Of a stretch of DNA of 64,000 bases, positions 12,501-24,500 are shown piece by piece. Below the pieces are notes generated by a model that saw nothing but the letters and a program-made list of their open reading frames with translations, made no database searches and was not told the DNA's origin. Location of the stretch: assembly GCF_048593235.1 (NCBI RefSeq), contig NC_133623.1, positions 81,175,752-81,239,751 of the forward strand. Direction: 5' to 3'. Origin of the DNA: Sminthopsis crassicaudata. Its lineage: Eukaryota. Position 1 is the first letter of the stretch. Each line of letters begins with the position of its first letter. A program made the position numbers and the translations under genes.

Positions 12501-15500
12501 AAATAGATTAAGTCCTCTCCAGTCACAGGAGGAAAAAAGTGTTATTCTGTTGTGACGCTGGGACACACCAGAATCTCATCTTATCAAAACTTCCAAGCTC
12601 AGACAGGGCGATCTGGCTGGAACGGGGAGGGTCCTAGAAACGCCCTTCCTGGCCTCCGAAGAGCAAAGCGAAGGCCACTTGCAATTGGAAAGAATTAGAG
12701 CTACGCTTTCACTGGGGTGCCAAGCTCCCTGGCAGTGAAGCTGGGTCTCTACCCCGAGGGGTCCCCAAGGCCAGGGTCCAGAACCAAAGGGGGTGGGGCA
12801 GCCTAGCCTACCTTCAAACATTGCACTTCCACTGGCTCCTCATCCAAAGTCTGTTTCTTCTGCTTCTCAACCACTCCGCTATGAGCCTTCTCGGTGTTGC
12901 TAAGTGTGGATACAGCATTCGACAGGTTGTTTGCTCTGTAAGACAAGTCATCACGAGAAATGTGTTTCCCCAAACAAAAGATAGCTCTCAGCTTCGTAAG
13001 ATGGTGTCCAGTGGAAACGGGCACCAGTGACCAGGCTCTGACAGGACAGCGGATGGGCAGTACAATTTGAGGAACAAAAAATAAAACTCCCAGTACCTGT
13101 CACCAGCCGGGCTGGGGGTGGGGGAAGGGGGCATGGCAGGGGTGCCACCAAGAGCACGTTCCCTATTCAACCTGCCAAGGCTAGGGAAGAGCCAGATTCA
13201 AAAGGGAAGGGAGAGTAAAACCCCAAACACAGACCTGGCCTTGGCCCTGATCCTGCCCAGAGCTACCAACCCATCTTCCTTTCTCTTAGGTTCTCCCCTC
13301 TCTTATTCAGTGTTTCCATGGCTTCTGTGCTGATACACAGACCTGAGCACCTTCTTGCTCTGAAATGAAAAAGGGCTCTGGGAGGTACACTATTCCCAAG
13401 TTGTTCTGTCCCAGAGCATCCCAACCTGGAGTCCCTCTGAACCCTCGGACACTGGGGGCTGGAGAAACAGACACAGACAGAAATGGAGGCAAAAAGNNNN
13501 NNNNNNNNNNNNNNNNNNNNNNNNNNNNNNNNNNNNNNNNNNNNNNNNNNNNNNNNNNNNNNNNNNNNNNNNNNNNNNNNNNNNNNNNNNNNNNNNNNNN
13601 NNNNNNNNNNNNNNNNNNNNNNNNNNNNNNNNNNNNNNNNNNNNNNNNNNNNNNNNNNNNNNNNNNNNNNNNNNNNNNNNNNNNNNNNNNNNNNNNNNNN
13701 NNNNNNNNNNNNNNNNNNNNNNNNNNNNNNNNNNNNNNNNNNNNGAGGATGCTTTTAATCTCTGAAATCTCTAGAAATGCTTCCTGTGCCATCCAGGCTC
13801 CTTGCCAGTTGTGCCTTCACCCCCAACAGGGGAGTCCACAGTACTTGGTGCAATAGCCAGTACTCCAAGGGAAAAATGAAGCATCAGTCAGCCCTCAGGT
13901 CCCCATCCCCAGTGAGAAGGGCAAAATGCTTATCTTAGCTTTGACTTGGCTCCCAGGTGCTATAACGTGATTTCACAAGGTCATAGATTTAAGGGTTGGA
14001 GGGGTTCCAGGGCAGCTTTTTGCACCCCCTTCTGGGCCTAAGGTAGTCAGCGAGAAGGGCAAGAGAGCAGGCATGTGGGGGGAAGCAGATGTGTGGCCAC
14101 TTACCTGTAAGCTGCCAAAAGTTCCTTGGTCTTGCGGCCTTCCAAAGAAGCCACATGTTGTTCCAGTGCTTCAAACAGGCTACTTGGGGCCTAAGGGAGA
14201 GCATGAACGATTGGGGGGGGGGAGATCTAACACGGTCTTCTCCTCCTTCACCCTGACAATTCCTCACAAGTTCACCCAAAGGGGTGCCCCCGAGGCCCTC
14301 TGCCACTGCCCAGCCACCAGTCTGCTCTGTACATGCCCATTTCTGGCACTCAGGAGAATGTGCCAATCAAGGTTGGAAGCCTAGAGATCATCGAGTCCAC
14401 CTGAGCCCGTGAGAATGGCAAGGACTCGATTCGGGTCCCCACAGACATTAAATGTCAAGAACAAAGGTTCAATCTGTTGACTAATAATGAGTGCCAGCAT
14501 TTACAGAGCGATTGAAGGTTTACAAAATTATCTTCCAATTATGATCTCATCTGAGCTGCACAACAACCCTCTCCCCATCTTACAGATGAGGAAATGGAGG
14601 CAGGCAGGGGGTCACAGAGCAAAGGGTGGGAAGTGACCAGATCAGGATCATACATCAAAAAGAGTCTGAGCAATTGTAAAAGGCTTATAATGGAAAATGC
14701 CAGTCCACACCTAGAGAAAACGATGGACTCGGAAAGAGGATCAATGCAGGTGATTTTTTTCTTTCTCCTGCTGCTTCCCTGTAGTTCGGATTTTTCTTTC
14801 ACAATGTGACTAATGTAGAAATATGTTTAACATGATTGCACATGGACAGCCTGTATCAGATTGTTTGCTATTCTGGGGAGGGGGAGGGAAGGAAGAAAAA
14901 TTTGGAACTCAAAATCTTCCAAAAGGGAATGCAGAAAATTATCTTCACTTGTAATTGGAAAAAGTAAAACACATCTCCAACCATTTGACCCAGAAGTGCC
15001 ATTACTGGCTCTGTATCCCAAAGAAATCATAAAGGAAAGAAAAGGACCCACATGAGCACAAATGTTTGTAGCAGCTCTTTTTGGGGTAGCAAAGAAGTGG
15101 GAAATGAGTGGATGCCCATCAACTGGGAAATGGCTGAACAAGCCGTGGTACATGAAGGTCAGGGAATATTAGTGTACAAAAATAAATGATGAACAATCTG
15201 ATTATAGAAAGAAGGCCTGAAAAGATTTACATGAACTGATAATGAACGAAACAAGCAGAACCAGGAATCCATTAGACATAATGACAAGAACGTGTGATCA
15301 TCAACGATGAAAAGCTTGGTTCTTTCTCAGTGATTCAGTGATCCAAAGCAATCCTAATAAACTCTGGACAAAAAATGGCATCTGCATTCAGAAAAAGATC
15401 TAAGGAGACTGAATGGAAATCAACACATGCTAAGTTCATTTCTTTTTTCTGATTTTTGTTTTGTTTTGTTTCTCTCTCATTGTTTTTTTCCATTTTGCTC

Positions 15501-18500
15501 TGATTTTTCTCTCCCAACATGATTCACAAAGCAGTGTGTATTTAAAAATAAACTTAATACAATAAAAAACCCCACTATTAAGTGTGTGTGCGTGTGCGTG
15601 TGTGTGTGTAGTGAGGGGGGGAATGTCTGAGGCCAAATTTGAATTCAGGGCTTCCTAGTCTAGGTCTGGCACTCTGGATCCTGTAGTGCCTGCTGAAGTA
15701 CTGCCCCTCTGAATGCTAGCTAACCAAAAAGCAGCTTTAGCAGCATAAGAATGAGGAAGTCTTCTGACCCCGGCAGCTGGGGGGCAACATCTGAATGTCC
15801 TGGGCAATGCTATCCCATGTTCCCGTGGCCAGGCTGATGGCAAGTTACGGCATCAGAGGGACTTTCACATACCATACACAGGAAATTCCACATACCAAGG
15901 AGAGACTGAAAACAGGTGGTGTTCTCTCTCTCTCTCTCTCACACGCACACACACACACACGCACGCACGCACACACACACATATATAAGAAGCCACTCAC
16001 CTCCTAACTTTGGTCCTTAAGAAATCACTGGAAGCCATCTCATCCCATCCCATGCTGCTCTGCTCCTGCCCCGCCTTCATCCCTCCCCCACCCTACATGC
16101 CACTTTTCCAGCACACAAATGGAATTGATCATTCGGGGACAGTGATACGGACACAAGTCTACAGAAGCAAATGGATCCTCCAAATGGAAGTGATGAGATG
16201 GAGTGATCTATGAAGGGTAGCTGGGGGTAAACCGGCCAAAGCAAGCCCAAGAGGACACTGACCTGAGTAAGATCAGGAATATCAGCCTGGTCAATTCCAA
16301 CTTGCTGAGAGACAGAAAAAAAAGCAGTTAAGACAATCAGCATCGAAGTCCACAGACTGTCCTCCTCGTCTCTGCCCTTTCACCCCCTCCCTGTATCCAG
16401 CCCTCCCTAAGCAACCAAGAGAGGATTTCGAATGCACAGGGTTGCCACTCCTCTGCTCAAGCAGCCCCCATGCTTTCTCACTGGCTGCTGTTAAAATAGA
16501 ATCTCTTTTGTTTGGGTTTCTGAGCCCCTCCAACCTGGCTCTAGCCTCTCTCTCAGGATACTCTAAGAGGTAGCATCATTTGACCAAAGATAGTCAGCCA
16601 GTGTGTGTGAGGAGCAGGGCTGGAACCCCTCAGCTTTGCAGGCCAAGTCAGCCAAGCAGGCCTGCTTGTTGCCCCCAAAAGGATCGTATTATCTGCTCTC
16701 TTGTACTCCTCCTCGGTGCTTTCCCCCTCAGAGGTACAGGCCGTCACCCTTACTCTTTGACTCTGCCCTTTGCAGCTCCCTCCGAGAGTCCTTTCCTGTC
16801 TCCCCAGCCACCATGCATTTTGTAAGAACTCTGGGTAGACTGTGAGCTCTTGTATTTGTGTTCTAGGTTCTAGCACAGCCCTTAAGTCATATTTGGTGAC
16901 TGACTGAAGGGACAGAAGTCACCTCAGACCCCTAGCAATGGTTGTTTCTTTATATTCCGCTAAAAATGCTAAGAAAATTCTTCATTTCTGGCCTGAAATA
17001 ACTACACATGGCTAGAATTCACATATGCATTTCAGTCAAACCCCAGAAGGCTCGGCTCCCGCAGGGAACATGAGAATGAAGCTTATGGAGCAGGAGAGAA
17101 TCTTACCGCTTTTCTGCAACCACAGGATACCGTTCTGATTAGGGAAAAGCCCCTCCGGACCCCATGGATGCAGCACAAAACTATCCCATGTGACCTCTGA
17201 CCTGCTGACCCTCAATACAAGTTGTCTGATCTGTATGAGGACAGTCACCATGCTTTCTTTCTTTTTTTGCTCTTTGTAACTAGGGATGACTCTCTGGGTT
17301 GGGCAGGGGAAGGACCAGATTGGGAAGTGAAGGGGAGGTAAAAAGCCAAGAGTAAGAACGTTTTTCTAAAAGAAAGTAATTCAACAACTAACTAGGGAGA
17401 TATAATACCAACCATGACACCTAGATTGCAAAGCAGAGAAAATCTCATTCTCTCCCCACAACCACTCCAGGGGAGGCAGGCACTATGAAAGCTATTCCTC
17501 CCATTCTAGAGACAAAGTAACTGAGGCTAGAGAGGGAAGGACTTAGTCGGTAAGAGGCAGGGCAGGATTTGAATCCAACTCTGGCCAACACAGGGCTCGG
17601 CACTTTGAGCGGGGCAGCCAGCCGTGGGAACAGGCACAGGGAGAATGGTGACTGGCTCCCACCATGTTACCTCGGCAACTTTCAGGAACTCAGATAATTT
17701 GGCCATTCTTGCCAGGAACTTCTTGTAACTCTCTAGCCCTTCTTTGCATTGGTTCTTCTTCATGTCAAAGTACTTTTCTAAAATAAAGACAAAGATTTCA
17801 AACACCTGGGAAGACCTCAAATGAGTTCCAAGGGGGCTGCTGGTGAGAGGGGCTGCGTGGAAGTGTTTTTCCCTTGCAATGATCATTTTTAAGGGAAGAG
17901 GAGCAAGGAAACCACCCATCCCTGCCCTGCTGTCATCCATGCTCTACCCTGGACATAAGTTTATGGGAGCAAATGGATTTTCTTTTCTTTTTTAGTTTTT
18001 TTTTTATAGCTTTTTATATACAAAACATATGCATGGGTAATTTTTCAGCATTGACCCTTGCAAAAGCTTCTGTTCCGAATTTTCCCCTCCTTCCCCCCAC
18101 CCCCTCCCCTAGCTGGCAGGTAGTCCCATTCATGTTAAATATGTTAAGGTATATCTTAGATACAATATATGTATACATATTTATAGTTATTTAAGCAAAT
18201 GGGTTTTCAAAAAGAAATATCCCCAAGTAGGCCAGTGGCCAAGAAAAGAAGGGCAGATTTATATTCTTTTGAACCCAAATGCTTGCAGGTCTAGTACAGT
18301 GTAGACTGTATCAGAGGCCTGAGTTGACATTAACTTAGCCAGTGGGCATTGGGGACAAGGCTGGAAGCCATTTCTTCCAGCCTCCAAATCTGGTCCTCCA
18401 GCCATTCTGTCTCTCTTCTCTACAAATAAAAACTGGCTCGCACGGCCAAGAGTAAATCCAGAGCATCCCACCCCAGAACTGAAATGCTTGGCCATCTCAG

Positions 18501-21500
18501 GGAGAAAAGCAACTTCTTGGGGTCCCTGAGAAAAAAAGCAAACCATTTCAGCAGTGTGCTGTCACCTGAATGTGATGTCAGAAGCCAGTCTTAAGGCCTT
18601 GCTACAGAGCTCTGGAGAATGGGCATGAGGGGGTCAATGGGACCAAAGAAGCGACGCCTCAGGATTTGGCAAGGGCCATGTTTGTCTATAAGCAATGGCC
18701 TTGGCAGCCACCAGAAAGCTTGGCTTACGCCAAGGAAAAGGGAATGGCTCTCAACAAAGGGGATCCAATGGGAGCTCAAATGAATTCAGAAAGCAAACTG
18801 CCTCCCTCTCTTCTCCCTCCCTCCATGACCTGAGGAAAGTAGCAACATACCAAGCAGGTTAATAATCCCTTCATTGTAGGCTGCAAACAGCCTAATGGAA
18901 TCCTTAAATAGGTGCATGAAGGCCGAACTGATGACACCATTTGTGAGTTCATTGGGATGCGCCTGTGGAGGACAAGAGAATCCATGAGGAGGCAGGGACC
19001 AAACCTCCCGTCATCTTCATCGAAGCAAACAAATAGAAAGATGGCCTGGAAAATGGTCCCGTGGGATCATCTGCCTCGGGTAGGTAAGGAATTCTTAAGC
19101 CACCAAGAGACACAGGCAATTATCAAAGGTAACACGGCAGCTCTTAATTATGTGACATAAAACTTCTGGACAAACAAGCAGGCTGAGGAGAGAAGGAGTA
19201 AATAAGGAGAAAAAAGGTTCTATTGAATTGCTCAGAGGAGGGTTTGGTATCCAAGATATAAAGACAAGAGAAATACCCCAAACAAAAGTTGTGCTCCACT
19301 ACATCAAAGACGAGGAACAAACAGCTGCCAAGAGCAGAATTGTAAACTATTTACAGCCATCTGAAAGGACGGCCCACATTGCTAATACCAAAAGAAAGAA
19401 ATCCCAACCACTCCACGGTTGCCAACTGGCCCACATGACAAAGGACGGGCAGGAGAGACAGGTCCTCCAGTGTGGTGGTGGCCGAGCTGTGAATCGGTAC
19501 AATCATTCAGGAAAGCGACTGGGAATTGGGCAAATTAGAGGCAAAAACATCTCCTCTGTGACCCAGAGTCCATTACCGGGCTCAGATGAGGCCACCGAGA
19601 AAAAACAAGACCTCCTTTACACCCACTAAATTGGGGCAGTCCTTTTGTGGTAGCAAAAAACTGAAGACAAGGCCAGTACCCAGCAATGGCTCAACATGAT
19701 GTGGTCCATGAAATGCAATAGGAGACTACTGGGCAGTAAGAAATGATGCGTGGGATGACTCCGAAGAAGGCTAGAAAGACCTAGGGGAATCGATGCAAAG
19801 GGAAGTCCACAGAGTCAAGGACGACACTCTATACGGTGACTACAACTACGGAAGTAGAAACTACACTTGGCACACAAACCAGAGAACAATCACACATGAA
19901 TTTTGGGAAACTGCCTTAAAGAAGATGCCCCCTCCACAGTCCAGATGGGGGACTGGGCCCATTTTGCCCAATTCTGTTCACTGTGACTTTTTTCTTCTTT
20001 TTCTTTAAAAAACAAAAAAGGTTTGGATTTTTGGGATGGCTCAGGGGGAAGAGTAGGGGCAGAGGGGGAAACTGAGGAAAGGTGAAAACAGAGCAATTCA
20101 AATGTATTTTTAAAAAGAAAATTCTTACATCAAAATCAAGCAGAACATCCAGCTGGTTCTGAATAACTGGGAGGGTTTTCAGGAGCTTGTCAGTACCCAT
20201 GGTCCTCATGACTCCATCAGGCCTGGAAAGACAAATCACAGGTGTATGAGCAGCTAATATGGATATGTGCTAGCATGCACACACACACGCATGGCATATG
20301 TGAACACACACAATACACACTTAAGTATGCGCTTGCGTTGTGAGTGCTCGTGAGCGAATTACAAATGTCTACTCACTACGTCAAAGGGTGGACATTTCAC
20401 TGATGTATGACCTCTCCCCTACACAGGCTGCAAGGTCTATGCGGTTCGGCAGATGCCACAGGAGCCGCCTGACTGTGGTAAATGACATGACGTCTGCCAC
20501 AGGACTGGGCCAAAGCCATCACCCTGCAGTCCAGGTGGTGAGGAGCCTCCACAAACTGAGCAGAACCAGACCTCTGGTGGGGTACCAGGCCAGTACTCGT
20601 CAGCAGGAAGGCTCTGCCCTCCAGGGGTGAGGGCAGCCAGCCTGAAGCCAGAGGTCCCTTCATGCCATGAGGGGGGGTCTGGACCTTTGGAAGAACCACC
20701 AGGGGACACAAATGCGTCCCTCTGGGGTAAGGGCAGCCAACCTGAAAACAGGAGTCCCTGCATGCCATGCTGAGGGGCCGCAATCTGTAGCAAAACCATT
20801 AGGGCACAAACACGGCCCCTCTGGGGTGAGGACGGCTGCTTTGAAGCCAGAGATCCCTGCACGTCACGCCAAAGGGCCCAGATTTTAGCAGAGCTACCAG
20901 GAAACACAATTGTAACTCCCTGGGATGAGGGTGGCCACCCTAAAGTCAAAGATTCTTGCATGTCGTGCCAAAGGGCCCAGATTTTAGCAGAGCTACAAAG
21001 GAACATGCATATGACTCTCCAGGGTAAGGACAGCCACCTTAAAGCCCCAGGTCCCTGCATGACAGGCAGAGGGTCCTGATGGCTCTGGCCCCCCAAGAGA
21101 ACACATATGGCCCCCAGAGGTGAAAGTGGCTATCCTATATTCAGGGGCCCCTACATGCCAGGCAGAGGGCCCTAGTGGTTCCGCCCCCCTGAGGTGAGGC
21201 TAAGCCTACAGGGAACACATATGACCCCCTGAGGTGACGGTGGCCATGCTACAGCCGGGGATCCCTGCGTGCCACGCCTAGGGGCTGGACTTTTAGCAGT
21301 GCCACCAGAGCACACACAAGGCTCTCTCCAGATGGAGTCTCTCCTGTGGAACAGACAACAGGAAGACTCCCAGAAACCAGAATGACAGAGGGAAATCCGT
21401 GCATCCAGGTGGCAACCGCTCCGTTCGGAAAAACTGCAATTCAGCAAGAACCTTCCACAGAACTGCATCTTCTTTTGACAACCTGAAAACGCTTACTAAC

Positions 21501-24500
21501 CCTCTCTTCATTTTGGTGAAGTCAACTGCTACCAGTCTGTAGGAAAGCGCTTTTTCATTCAAGTATCTGCTATATCGCCTGATGAAGGTAGACATATCGT
21601 AACCTAAAAATGAAGACATCTGGGTTATTTCCAATTGCTCACATTTATTCTACATACTAAAGACAAGGTCTCTCCAAGACTGTGTCCCATGTCACAGCCT
21701 GAGGTCCCCCGCTCCTCAAGGAATGCCCTGCTGATCAAGAAGGGCTGGGTGCCTTCAATGCCATCTCTTTCAGCATCTTGGTCGCTTTTTCATTAAGAAA
21801 GAACCACGTTTGAAGCTCTACACAGCCTTGAGAGCCTTCTGAGGTTAAGGGAGCTGGGAGGCAGTGATAGCCATGGAGTCATGAACTGGGTCAAAGGTTA
21901 TGTGGGCCTAGAGAAAGCCCGGTCAACTTGGAATAGGTAGAGCACGCAGGCTGATAGCTGAGCTAAGTCTTAGCGAACTAGCAAGTGATTAGGCCGGGTG
22001 AGAGACTCCTGATTTGCCTGCTTGTTTTACAGAGAAGGGAACTGTTGCGGCCCTGTGGCTGAGCTGCCATGAGGCCTTAGCCTTCCTGGGGAGCCCAGGT
22101 CATTTCTCCGTATTCCACTGGCGGATCTCATCTCTTAGCTGGATTTGCCATCTAGGGGAGGGGATGGGGGGAAAGAGAGGGACACTTGGAACAGAAGGTC
22201 TTGCAAAATTACCCATGCATATGTTTTCTAAATAAGAAGCTATAATAATAAAACAAAGAAAAGAAAAAGCTATTATTTAGCTAATATTTAGCTGTTTTTT
22301 TAAAAAAATTAATTATATATTACATATATAATATACAATAATTTAACCTTTTAAAACTGTTTAAAGACTACTAAAGTATATGATATATATAATATTTTAT
22401 ATGCACATGATAATTTAATAATTATTTAAAATATTTAGCTACTTTTTTTAAAGAAAGAAAAACAAGCTTCAGACACCAGACTTGAGGGTTGCAGGCCCAC
22501 ACGCCTGTGGATGTGCGCTCTGCAAAAAGCTGCCTCACGTGGGACAGGTGCTCAGCACAGGGCTGCTAAAGGCACGAATGGCCACCGTCTGGGCCCTTGC
22601 AAGCAATCTCCTGCCAGTATCTTCTGTGTGGGGCTTCCCTCGGGCTGGGAGGAGTCAAGGTCTCAATATCATTTTTGGCTGTTACTGTTTTTAACCAAAA
22701 CTCCTCTAGTCTCTAATCTCCAAGAGGGGAAAAGTTCTTATCAATCAGAGGCCTTATTTAAAAAGCTCATTAGTCAGGGAATCCCAGAATGAGTTGGAAA
22801 GGACTTTGTCCACATTATACCATCCCTTCTCCAACATGGCTGTGCAGTGGTAGGCCAGCCTGTGCTGGCAGCCCTTCTGTGGGAGGGGAGGGTTCCCCAT
22901 CTCCCTTGGTGGCCCAGCCCTTCCTCTTCCAGGCGGCCTCCCCTCCCATCCAGTTACTCGTCCTCCCTGTGTCCTCAGCCACGTGCTAGTCCTTCAGATA
23001 CCACGATACCATATCCCGTCTCCCGCCCCCCCCCCCCGTCCCAGCCCACAAATTGTCATCTTTAAAGCTGAACCTTCTTTCCCCATTTGGGGAATGTAAG
23101 CATCCAAGATCAGCAGCCCACCCCTCCCCGCTCTCTCACTCTGCTGGGCCAGACTTTGCCTCGACTGTCTGTCTCTCATCCCCACGAGAGCGTCGGTCTT
23201 ACCCTGTATGACGCTTTTATCCAGGAAGTTGCTTAAATTGAACAGACTGTTTCTCGATGCAAGGTACTGCATGAAACGCTGTGGGTCAAAAGGTCAGGAA
23301 GGTTAGGTTTTGTTTCTTGCAAACAGAATGGATTTAGGATAGAGTCTTTGGAGATGCCAAGGTGTCCCCCCCCCCAACTCTTCCTTCAATCTGGTTCAAG
23401 AAAGAACCAATCCACAGGCCCAGATATTCCGCAACTTCCCCTTGGATGCTGGGCAGTGGCCGTGGGCCCTGAGGCTGCCCCAACTCTCCCTCCAGGCTGT
23501 CCCCTGGCCTGCCCACTCACTCATTCTGTTCCTGTAAATTTGGGGAGAAGAAAAAGGTCTGCTCATGTCAGATGGAAAATCACAGGAGGAAGAGGAGGAG
23601 CTCCAACTGTAACCAGTGAAAACTCTAGCCAGATCTGAGTCAGGAGGCAGAAGGAGGAGAAAAAGGAGAAGGGAGAGCAATCCTGGCCTGTGCTATGGAC
23701 AGCCGGAGGTAGGGAAAGCGACTCGTTCCACCTGAGGCGCACCATACGTTACAGCTGGCTGAGAGAGCTGAATTTCCAAACAATTCCAGCACATCCTCCC
23801 TGAAGGACAGAGGGCTCCCCTGGGAGTCGGGAGGATCTGCTTTTGGCACCCGGGAGAAGCCTCTTCCTTCCTGGGAACCCTCAGGCCAGCTTCTCAGCCC
23901 CCAGATTCCGAGCTCGGCCTGACCGGGATTAGGAGAAGTTTCTTCGCTGGAGTTCTCAAACTCAAGGAGAGCGCCAGTCTGGCACCCTCCCTTGCCTCCC
24001 CACCTCAGCGACCGGTGGGACCCATGCTGCCCAAAGGGCCCGGAGCGGCCACCTACCTACCTACCTACCTAGCGCTCCCAGAGACCCCCTCCTGAGAGTC
24101 ACAGCAGGGGGCCGTGGGCTGGTGCCCCCAGGATGAGTTCCAGACGGAACCCTGGGGAGGGGGGACAGCAGTCTGCCTCTTACCTCATTGCCGTACATCA
24201 TGAGATGGTGGGTTGTGATCAGAGCCTTGAAAACAACTATCCAGCTGCTGTTGACGGTGCGTTCCAGAAGTGTGTCGGCCAGCTGCGGTATGCTCATGTT
24301 CAGCTCGTTAGTGCAATGGATCAGGTCTAAGTTCAAAAGAAGCCACGGGACAGATCAAGTCTCAGGCCCAGAGCCAAAGGGACTGTCTTAACCAAATCCT
24401 ATGGAGCCAATCCTTAAAGCCGAGGGTGCCGGTTCCATGTTGTCCCCCCCAGAGAGTCCCCGCCCCGTCCCAAACGGGGTCACCTGTACTCTGCACCCAC

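Noticed and set aside
13307-13856. ORFs spanning the N gap
   Set aside because: Artefacts of translating through Ns.
19228-19629. 133-aa + strand ORF
   Set aside because: Decayed L1 ORF2 fragment, not a host gene.
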